Source: Takakia lepidozioides (lineage: Eukaryota; Plantae; Bryophyta). Taken from it: 64,000 nt of DNA. Shown here piece after piece: positions 27,274 through 37,981 of the stretch (position 1 is its first letter; each line of letters starts with the position of its first letter). A program made the translations under genes and the position numbers. The notes under the pieces were generated by a model that was not told where the DNA came from, ran no database searches, and saw only the letters and a list, made by a program, of their open reading frames with translations. The stretch covers positions 88,846,001 through 88,910,000 of the forward strand of contig CM060731.1 in assembly GCA_030704615.1 (NCBI GenBank). Reading direction: 5' to 3'.

Positions 27274-28769
27274 CCCCGACTGGCAGCTTGAATGTGGAGA
27301 GGATGGGGTCGTTGGGGGAAGTACTTCTGCGCCCATGCAAGTGAAACTAACCTTACTGTTTGCAACATGACATCGAAGCCAAAGTCCATGTTTGTTTTGT
27401 TCCCCCCGGATGCCCTCTCACGCAAGGCTGGCACTATATGTTTTGCAGGGACCACATGTACAGGGAGTGGCAGTGGGGTCGAATGTGAAGAAGGTGGGTC
27501 CTGCGCCTACGACCATAGTGCTACGGCGGCAGCATTCCGGATTCCCCCCCCCGGCATGAGGAGGCAGCGCCCAAGGTATGGTTGTTCCCAGCCCCTCTCC
27601 GCAAACTTACTTGGTTGGTTTCATTTATGGATACACTTCCTGAAGCGTTGCAATGTGTATTCATTGCAGGTGAGCAAGAGGAGTGGGCTGTCCCCGGCAC
27701 CATCATCGCAGCAGGACGTGGTTCCCCAGGCATGCATTCATGGCTCCTTGCTTTGCCTGGCTGGTTTTTAGTAGGGTTATTTTTGCCAGGAAGTTGTAGT
27801 GCTAGGGTCTGAGCAGGGTGTTTGTTAGCTTGCTCCGTGGAGGTGTGTTTATACCATTGCAACCACCAGAGTTCATGTTATTCTTATCCGTCTGACTAAA
27901 CCTCTTTTTGCTGCTGCAGTTGAAGACATGTAGGCAGCTTTCCTCAGTTGCCACCCTCAGCGACGAGCTTCGCTTCAAGGTACGTTGGTACACCGTGAAT
28001 TGGCTGCTGATTCAGTATTGTGGCAACCAAGATCGTTTCCATGCCCAGCTGCGCTTGACTTTCACCCTGTCATTGTTATGTTTGTTGCTGAGTGGACCCT
28101 GATGTTGGTGTCTGCAGATATCAGATCTTGTGTTTCTCCTGAACCCCCATGACAAGCGGTCAAAGACAGCCGCCGCCAAGGCAGAAGTGGTGGGAATAGC
28201 CGGGGTTGACAAGTTCCACTGCAAGGACATTCGATCCGGGTGGTACAAGGTGAAAGTCCACGAGATCATGCTTCCAAGTGTTACATTGCCTTGCCCAAAT
28301 GTGGACGATGCCCCCCCCCCCCAAGACCACACTAGCGCACGTAAAAGGCATGGTGACTCTGTGGCCAGAGAAGAGTATGAGGAAAGGTGAAAGTATCAAG
28401 TGACATTTCATGTTTGTAGTCCCTGCTGGGTGTGTAATGATACTCATAGAAGTGTGTATGATACTCATGTTACCAGTTTTGAACATTTGGGCCATGACAG
28501 TTTAAGTGATGTCCGGCAACCATGTATGTTGGCATTTAGTCTTGCTCATATGCAGGTGTGCCGTGACGGTCTCTAATTTGAATGTAATATCACATTTCCT
28601 GACTTGTCGTCGTGTCCGTCCACCTTCTATGTGTATGTGTGATGGTCTTTGGTCTCCTTGTTGCCTCGTCTATTTGGTTCATTAGCGTGATGTTGTGCAT
28701 GCATCGTGGTCTGTGTTCTCAGTCTTGCCCAGTATCATTGCTTCTCAATTCCCCCTGCATATGGGTGAA

Positions 28770-28884
28770 CCACTAAAACCAGTAGAATGCATCATAACCA
28801 TATTTTCAGCTTAGAATGCAGGTCAGTTGGAAACTCACACAAACCACTACAAGTGCTCATTTTTCGTGCTTTCCTACTGTAGTG
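28770..28884. mobile_element. Possible additional CACTA terminus
   Basis: ...TTTCCTACTGTAGTG lies downstream of the tnpA-like gene. No partner terminus or TSD was found. Confidence 0.3.
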
Positions 28885-29439
28885 CAACCAACTAGCACAG
28901 TGGCAGTGGAGTTGGCCAAAGCAGTCCCGAGATGGCACAAGCACTCTGCGTCTTTCCACTAGCAGTCGTACCCGTCACTGCCATTGCGTGGGGACGACGC
29001 CACGCGTCGACCCACACACTCTCCACGTGGTCCCCGTGGATTCGTCTACCGGAAGTTGTGCAGTTGACTTCGCCAGTGGCTGTTGCGACGTCATATGCAG
29101 CACTCCAAGTGATGTGGCCGACTGCGATGTGGCGTCTTGGGCCCGTGCCACGCGGCAGCATTGCCGCTCGTCACGGCGCCGCCACATCGGCATCCACGTC
29201 TGCATCCACGTCCGTGTCCATGTGTCACCGCGCCCCGGGTGAGTCAGTCCACTCATCCAGAGGGAAAAGTCAAAGTCAGCCCAAAAGGTCAGACACACGG
29301 GCGGCCCGCCTGGTTACGCCACGTGGTTCTTCAGCATTAATCGCATTAATCGCTGAGCAGTTGTTCGCGCGTCTGCGTCCTATACCACTCCAATCATTGG
29401 ATGTCCAACCCAACTACCACGTCTGTTGTAACTTCCAGT

Positions 29440-29515
29440 CGATCCCAGTTTTTTGACTTTTACGACTCAAAATGAGTCGTTACCCCAGTGGTAAATGACA
29501 CGAATGCTTCTAGTG
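29440..29515. mobile_element. CACTA-B right terminus
   Basis: GACACGAATGCTTCTAGTG. The flank TAG is the reverse complement of CTA, matching the flank at 13946. Confidence 0.82.
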
Positions 29516-32500
29516 TAGATACGTCTTCCTCTTGGCTGAGCATGCACAACCACCTTCCAATTTCATGATCCGGAGAAGAAAACTTGCTCCATGTCTGAAG
29601 GCCAAACAGTAAGTCCTGTAGACATTCCGCCACATTAGGAAAGACAAAAAGTTTCCATGTGCATCTACCCCACTACGGTGCAGAAGACTGTCGCCGCTAC
29701 TTCAATCAATCCCAATCCTCATCAATATCCCTTGACAGGTAAATGTATGCGGGTTTCTCATGGGGAACATAATATACCTGGATAATCATGCATTGTCCAA
29801 AGCAAGATGTGTCTCATCTGAAAAGATTGTCCGGCCATAGGGTCAAGTGAAGCATCCAATGCCAGGACCCCCCCTCCATAACTCGGGGTTGAGCACTAAA
29901 GGGTACGTATTCCTGCATTGTGGCGATGAACTTGATGCACAAAGCTCCAGCAATCTTTGCAAGATGGTGTATCCCAACTACCGCAAGTTTCTTCCTATGA
30001 GCCATCATTGGAGAAGAAGAGACAAACACTTGTTTGATGGCAAAGTGGAGTTACGTCCCCCACCTATGACACCATCCGGGCACTTTTGGGAAGACCGATG
30101 GAAGGAGGCCCATCCGGAGGGGTCCGGTGAAGTGGAGGTGCCCGGCATGAAGCGGCTTTCAATCTTCTACGAGTTGTCATATTGGGCGGTACATATTCCA
30201 CAAAAACACCATCAATATTGTTATGCATGATGTGATATTGCATGTTTTGTATGATTTCCATTGTCACTTTCACGACAAAATAGACGTGTAAGAATTTGTG
30301 GGTGGGGATATGTGTAGGACCTGAAGATTCGACATCTTCTAGATCCCATGCATATTGAGAAGAATGTTTGCTCGTCCTTTTTTCGTGTTCTTCATGGCAC
30401 GCCGGCAAAGAAGGGAGTGGCTGCGAAAAGAGATTCTTTTGGTGCTAGAAAGGAACTTGAAGAGCAAGGTCACATGCCCCATCTATGGGCCGAAGAAAAT
30501 GGTGTGGACCCAAAGGGTGTTCTACGATGGAAGTATAGGCGTGCACCTTGGCAATGGACAAAGGAGGAATACAAGAAAGTGATAGCCACCACAGGAGCTG
30601 TCCGAACACCAACTGGTTATGGGTCATTCCTCCGTATGAAGTTCAACGAAGAAGGGGTCCATGGTTTGAAGTCTCATGACTACCACAATCTATTGCAAGA
30701 TATCTTGCCCATTGCACTACGTGGGACATTGACTCCCAAGGTTCGCGAGACAGTCTATAGATTGGGAGCATTGTTCCGGTGGATTTGCTCTAAAGAGCTG
30801 GAGGAAGCGGACTTTCCACGCATGAAGAAGGAGGCGGCGGTGGTCATGTGTATGTTGGAGATGCACCTTCCTCCCTCTTTCTTTGACATCCAAGTGCACT
30901 TGGTAGTGCACTTAGTGGAAGAGGCTTCGATTGCCAGCCCCGTTCATTCTCGGTGGATGTACTACCTTGAGCGATACATGAAGACTTTGAAAGCACATGT
31001 AAGACAAATGGCACACCCGGAGGGTAGCATGGCGGAGGGGTATACATTGCAAGAGGCTATGTTCTACTGCATGGAGTACTTGGCAAGGGTGGATAAGGAA
31101 GCCCCTCCGATGTGGAAGGAAGATGAGGATGTACGAACCAAGGACATCGTTTTGCCCAAAAATTCAAAGAGGGTAAAATTACCCATCATGGTGATTAACC
31201 AAGCACATGAGTTCCTACTGAAGAACACCCCATCCATACATGAGTGGGAGACAAGATATAATAACCTTGTTCAGCAACAACATGAGGAGATGGTTGCGTG
31301 GAGGCGGAACCATGCAAGGGCGACTACACGCGCTCCGCGAGCAAGGGGCCAGCGTAGGAATGTGCCTTCACAAGAATTGTCCATGGAATTGCAGCCTCTA
31401 AGTTCATTCCGCCATTGGCTTCGGACTGAAGTAGAGGATAACATTGCGAAAGGTGAGGTGGTTTCGGATTTGATGCAAGACATTGCAAGGGGCCCCTCTC
31501 AATTTGCGACCTCATACACGGCGGTTTGGGTTCATGGTCATCATTTCCGCATTCGTGCTCTTGACATGAAGCGCAAAACAACGTTTGATTCTGGCTTGTG
31601 TGCCTCATATTGGCAAGACTCCGTGTGGGGCAGGGGAGATACACGACCTACCATGAGCACACTCAACTACTTTGGAGAGCTTGAGAGCATACTCCAACTT
31701 CAGTATACAAGGCACCAACCTCTTATCTTCAAGGCAAGGTGGTTCCAGCCACATCTTGTGGGGCCATCCGCAACACTTCAGTTCATCAACTAGAGGTCGC
31801 AAGTACGTGTCCATGTCTTTCACTTGTTTTTTCCCTATGAGACATTCACACCATTAATTGTTTCAATGCTCCACCATGCTAATTATACTTCATAATGAAT
31901 GACACATCTTACTACATGATTACGTCACTCATCAATCTTCCATCGGAATCGCGCCAAAGAGAAGAAGATTAATGTAAAATCCAAAGTAATAATAAGCATG
32001 AAATGGAAACACTCACCCGGTACAATGGCAGCCAACATGATATGGCCTTTTTTTTATTGAAAGATACGGAGGGATGTTGTAATTCACCATGGTCACCGGC
32101 CAAGTGGAATGACTACATGACTGGACTGAGAATGGGTTGACCCCATCCGAGGAGAAGCCGAGGCGGACAGGTCGTGGGTCCTCCAAGAGAAAAGGCCACA
32201 TCTCTTCAGTATGCCTCCATGCTTGTGAGACTTGTGGCCCGCACACCTTTCCCGGGGGGCTCCGATGCGAGGCGTGCCATCTCATCAGTTCTGCCAATGA
32301 GGGGCTTCGGTAGTGTGCGTGCAGTCGCGAGATGATTGGAAAGTAGTGCATTTTATGGCACCATCCCCATGTCGGCCCCATATCATAATCAGTGTCATTC
32401 ATATCTCTAAGTAAAACCTTACGTCTTGTAGCGGTTGCAAAAAAGTAGAATGCAATATACAAGTGTATTGTGGCGCGGGTATACCTTGCGCGGGGCTTTC

Positions 32501-33070
32501 TTCCCTTGAACATCATCCCGATATCGGTCTTTGTTGCACTTTGGACACTTGGTGAGTTTCGCATCCTCTCTGTAGTACAGGATTTTATCACATGGACATG
32601 CATGAAAAATCTTATAGCCCATCCCCACAGCATCCAAGGCTGCTCTTGCCTCTTTTCTTGATCGTGGCATTCTCGGTTTCAAATGTGGGGCAAGGATGTA
32701 GTCCGCAATAGTCCGCATTATGGCAGACATACCCACATTGCTTATGCCAAACCAGATTTGCAAATTTAGCAACAACAAGATGGTTGAAAGTCTACTCACT
32801 TTGGCCCCTTCGTATAAGGGAGTTTTGGCTTCTTTTTCCATGTCATTCAAAGAGTCTGTGTCCTCATCTACCATCTGATGCATTAGAGGTCCTCCATTGT
32901 TGCCACATCCTCATGCATAATTCCATTGTCATTGTTGTTCTCATCATCGGAGACCGCCATTTCAGACGGGGTCGGGTCCCTTTGATACGCACCCCCCCCT
33001 CCGAAGGAACAAAATCCCGGTTCATGACAAGATCATGAACTTCATGAATTAACGTCGTGGGGTTGTGGCC
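29516..33070 (-). pseudogene. CACTA-C TnpD-type transposase with its central 1.9 kb (29885-31776) relocated and inverted
   Basis: Minus strand: TPLYEG..IFHACPCD..CPKC, SSDGVNPFS..STWPV..YNIPP, DTYLRPLVDELK|ELW..WTMHDYPG, MEQVFFS. Plus strand: LDPMHIEKNV, LKSHDYH, RWMYYLERYMKTLK..PEGSMAEGY. Confidence 0.9.
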
Positions 33071-33390
33071 GGCATCCTAAGATGCCAAAAACAACCATAT
33101 CATTATCAGTTTCCATACATGGCGTTGTTCATTATCATACAAGATAAAACCCAAAGTACACATTATACACTCGAGGGGAATACATACATTGCTTCACCAC
33201 ATGAAGGAGACACTATATAATTCAAAATACCCAAATTCACATATAACGTCCACCCAAACTCCATTGAATATAGCATGAAAAACTGCATCCAAATACACAT
33301 CAATGCCTATGTATATATATACACGGTGGAGGAAGCCACCTTAATGTACAAAATGTCTTCCTACGTCCATCTACACATGATGAAAGTCGG

Positions 33391-35193
33391 CTAACGCCTA
33401 AAGTCATACTCTGCAAACAACTCCTCTCCAGCCCTAATAGTCCTTCTTGCACATGTCATCACAAAAGTGGTGATGTTAGGGTCCAATCTACTATCCCCGT
33501 CATGGCGCTCATCCCAAAACACGTTGGCGGTGTGGCTCGGCGGTAAGGTAACTGAACTGTTGATGAGCCCAGCCACGTTGCCGTACACATCGGGGTTTCC
33601 ATCACAATAAATATGGGCTTTGCGGCCCAAATTTCTCGCCCTTATATCATTGTCGTTCACAACAAGGATGTAAGGATGGATCAAGGACCCAAGGCCGTGT
33701 GTCTGCAATAATTGCCACTCCCGGTGGGTGTACCTCGGCCCAAAATAGGGGAACAAATCCACAGAATCCTCTCCTCCCCCCAAAACTACATCCTCCATAA
33801 AAAAAAGTCCACGACCCATACTAGGGTCCATTGCCTCCATCACGCAATACATGCGACCCCAAAAAAAAAAGGGCTCACCCTCGGGAATCGGAACTGGACA
33901 AGGCACAAGACATTGGTAGAAATGGGGTTGGACTCCCATCGTGAATAGCTCCCTAGCACCACGATGACATATGGTGCCGTCATCAGGTCGGCGAAGGTGC
34001 GGACCAACCGTGCGAAACAACTTCGGTCCACCTCTCCTAGGGGGCGGCGCCCGTCCATCACTTCGGGGGCCCTTCTCCCGGAGTGGGAACCTAGTGATCC
34101 ATCGGTCCCAGTCATACACAGTCCCCAAAGGTGGTGGGATCCATCCGGGTTCTGCCGGAGGACCTGGATACGGACTCAGTGGCGGTTGTGGTCTCGGCAA
34201 TGGAGGGGAAGAGAAACGTAGGTTGGTATGAGGGATCTCACGTGGAGGTAGTACTGGCCGAGATGGCCGGGATCGCGATGGTGATGAGGAAAGAACATGT
34301 ACAATAGGAGGAACGGACGATGCGGATGATGGTGATGATGCGATGTCGAGGATGTCGAACTCGGACTCGGTGGCGGCTGTGGTCTCGGCAATGGAGGGGA
34401 AGGGACACGTAGCCGATCGGTATGAGGGACCTTGGATGGCAATGGTGATGAGGAAAGACCATCTACAATAGGAGGAACGGACGATGCGGATGATGGTGAT
34501 GATGGGGGTGCCGATGTCGAGGATGACGAATGTGTGTGCATAGGTGACAAGCACCTAGCCCGGTGCCCAAAAATAGAAAAACACGCATCGTACCCCGCTA
34601 CCTCACAAACTGCATCTACGTCATATTGCGAGAAAAAAATGTTCACATCCAGAACGGGGTGGGGCTCGTAAGAAGGAAGAAACCCGCATCGGTATGCCTC
34701 TTCAGCAAAAAAATTACGAGCTTGGACATCAAGATGGGGCTGCAAGATGCATGATATGAAATGCATCAATACTCAATTCACAAACGCGAGGTTTCATTAG
34801 ATATAGTACTTTTAATTGAGGAGTACGTGAGAAGATATATGGACGATTTACCTTTGCTGCATCAGCAATCTCGTACTAGGCGTAATGTTTTTGCACAACA
34901 TGGGGTTGCCGCATCATCGGTGTGGTCCTCCCAACCAGTAGTCGTGCCCAACACCAACTGCACCAACCCTCAATCTTGGGGAGGCGGTCCCGGCGGGGTC
35001 TCCCTGGGGCTCGTGCCTCAGGACTTGGCGGCCTACGACCTCGGGGTGGTGGCCGTGGGGCCAAGGCTGTGCGGACATGGCGATGCCGCCTAACTCGTAG
35101 ACGAGGCGAACGTGCTGTCTCGCCCTCAGCGGGTGGTTGTGGCACAGCCGGCAACGAATCCTCAAGCGTGATACGTCGATAAACACGCGGCAT
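33391..35193 (-). CDS. SET-domain protein gene (2 exons, Pro/Ser-rich linker) carried by CACTA-C
   Basis: MGRGLFF, PYFGPRY, CDGNPDVYGNVAGLINSS and ARRTIRAGEELFAEYDF* are SET motifs. The intron is 34851-34740 (GTAAAT...TTGCAG). One or two frameshifts lie upstream of the domain. Confidence 0.82.
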
Positions 35194-35329
35194 GACCTAG
35201 CACGAGAGAGAGGTAGAGTACCGTATCGTGACCCACTGTAACCTCCGGAGGAGTTATACTCCCAACCCTTGGAAAAACTTGAAAAAAAAAACCCTACAAA
35301 CGTAAAGTCATATGTCCCCACCCCACCAA

Positions 35330-35520
35330 AAAACAAAACCCTAAAAACAAAACTATATTGCAGCTAATCCTCAACTAACTATATTATAACTAACCCTAAA
35401 CTAAACTATGAAACTAAACCCTAAACTAAACTATGTAACCCTTAACACCCTAAGAGCCAAAGACCCAAAAACCAAAATGATCCTTGCAAAACCCCATAAC
35501 CCAAAAAACCAAAAAAATAA
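35330..35520 (-). promoter_or_regulatory. Telo-box (AAACCCTA)-rich leader/first-intron region upstream of the SET and tnpD genes
   Basis: Several AAACCCTA/AACCCTA motifs. A minus-strand donor GAG|GTGAGT lies at about 35550, with a GA-rich leader beyond it. Confidence 0.4.
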
Positions 35521-35960
35521 AAATAAAAATGAGAGGCCTCTTCAACTCACCTCTGCGCCAGATCTGCGACTGCCGTGCGACGTCCCCCTGAGGCAGCGAC
35601 ACTCGTGGGATTCCCCCATATCGCAGCGGATCCTCCTCCTGCCAAGGTGGCCGCCTTTCTCTCCCCTTCTCTCTCCCCTTCGCGAAGGCGCCTGATCGCC
35701 GCCGAGGTTTCCCGGTGGGGTCGCCACACTGGCGCGCCGCGGCTGCACCGACCGCCTCTTACTCCCCCTCTCAATCTCTCTATCTGATCTCTCTCTCCCT
35801 CACCCTCCTCCTCTCACTCTTCCCCCCTCCCCTCCCTCCATCCCTACTTTGTTATTCTTTGCTCTCGAGCTCTCCCGTGCGCAACTACCCCTCGCGCCGG
35901 AGCGTTTTCCGGCGGCGGTGACGCAACACTAACGCGCCACGGCGTCCAAACCCGTGTGCG

Positions 35961-37875
35961 CCCTCTCTCTCCCTCTCTCCCTCTCCCTCTATAACTTTTT
36001 GGATTTCATTTGGCCCTGATATTTACTATTTGCTTCTTTCATCTAAACTGGATGAAATACATGAATACTGGTGACCTATTCTAAAAATCCAAGAGGTAGT
36101 AATCTGTACCATCATTAATGATGGCAGTTACTAAACCTAAGCCTATACCGTAACCCTAAGATACCTTTTTATGGGATATCATCCATTAACAAAGTGCATC
36201 TCTTAAAAATGTGATTTTTCATCCACCCTGGATGAAAAATCGGGAAGATGTGCCCTAAACGGGCCGACATATTTCACAGCACTGAACTCGTGCTTCTATG
36301 ATCCTTGATGATGCGCCGTGTAAACCTGCTCCCTTGCGGCTACATGGTACTCGTGATGGCTGGCTTTTGGGATGCGCAATGGCAGATAGACAGATTCTTC
36401 TCTGGCAGTCGACATTGCAGTGATCGCTCTGCTCAGAAATTTATGATTCTGTTAAATTCGCAGCGGCGCTCTTACTCCTCGTTGGGAAGTACTCCACCCC
36501 TACTTAGCCACAGATTACATGTTGCTCTCTTTCTGTATGAGCTGATCTCTATCTACTTTGATTGCGTTCTGCTGGAGACATCTACTGGACGCCATGGCGC
36601 AGGGCATACCGCAAACGCTCAAGGTTTTTTTTTTGAGTGTACCCTTGCTTGGATTACGATTTGTACATGCTTTGGAATTCAACATTGACATGGATAGCAA
36701 CTGTGAAAACCTGCCACTCACCTGATGCATCCTCACTAACACACATCTCTATGTGGTGGTTTTTGGGACGGGCACATGTGAGGGTCTTCACTTGTCTTGA
36801 ATTATTGAAGCTTGCAGAGTCTGATTCATGCATAAGGGATTGCTGCTACCGCCTGAAGCTGCTGATACCAACTGTTGTTTCAAATCTGCCATCTTGCTGC
36901 CTCAAATCGGCTTCAAGTCTGCTCTAATGAGGATCACCTTCTTACTCCTTATCCCTGTTTTTGGTTCTTGATAACCACTTTTATACATTTTGGAGTTAAG
37001 ACACACAAGGGACTTCATAGAAAACAAAATCTCTGTTGAAAGCTCTAGATGTTTTTAACAAAGGTACATGGCTGCGGCTATAGCTCAGGCAGCATGGAAA
37101 CTAAGCTCTGAAATGAAACACCATGGCCTGGCTCTGATGGATCAGAAGATAGACCTTGTGATAACAAACATTCTTCAAGGCTCTTATATCACCACTATTT
37201 CATTGCATGATAGGGGACAATGGTTTCTGAGTTCATTTCTTTAACTAGCAGAGCTTGTTATGAGGCCCTGGAATACCACTTCAGGCCCATATCTACTTAA
37301 GGGTACTCAGCCCTATGTTTTGTTTTGTTAGAAATCTGGCTTATGACTTGGCACTGAAGCACCTTCAGACCTGACCCCATCAGTATTTTGGTTTTCAAGA
37401 ACTGCTTGCTGGTAGATGTTGTGCACTTCCTACCTTATACTATGGCAGAGTTTTGATCTTGAAGTCCTGGAATGATTATCCAGGCTTACATATACTTGAT
37501 AAAAACTTAGCCCCGCTTCTACTTTATGAATCTTGCATGTGTCTTGGCACTGACAGATCAGTTTCACGCCTACACAGGATGTTGTTTTAGGAAGATGAAT
37601 GGCTCAAGAACTAGATTATGTAAGGCTTGACCCGTGTCAACAACAAAAAATGAATGCTTTATGTCAACTTATGGGGCTTTCAGGATATGAATGACCAGGA
37701 ATCCCGCCCTCCCACCCTGTTTTTTCAGATACCCTGAAAAGTTATAAGATGTTCAAATGAGTTGGTAAAAGGGGTTGTTAGATGATGCCCTGTAAAGGGT
37801 TGCTTTGTCTTTCAATGACAATGACTTTAGTGGTCTTGTCCATGTCTTGACATGACATGTATATCTTCTCTCTCT
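35961..37875 (+). repeat. Left pseudo-LTR (1915 bp)
   Basis: Direct repeat of 43525-45440. By eye I found about 3 substitutions and one 1-nt indel. Confidence 0.95.
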
Positions 37876-37981
37876 TTATTTGACCAATGTACTTAGTGGT
37901 ATTTGTACACATCATCTACCCATCTCCTTTTCACCTTCTCATTATGATGCACTGACAAGTTTTTCGGGGGGACTTTGACAG

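Larger units (their letters stand above)
23052..28390 (+). pseudogene. CACTA TnpA-like multi-exon gene (Ptta/En/Spm-type domain, FCP1-like domain, Tnp1-type C-terminal domain)
   Basis: Exon 23052-23231 ends GAG|GTGAGT. YWDKLVAYWES...NPSRWGRAG (25424-25766) ends at a GTAATC donor, with an acceptor TAG at 26230. The last exon reads KFHCKDIRSGWYKVKVHEIMLPSVTLPCP (28130-28390). Confidence 0.65.

Noticed and set aside
36305-36927. ORFs of 127 and 96 aa within the pseudo-LTRs
   Set aside because: They have no recognisable motifs, and their duplication only reflects the DNA repeat.
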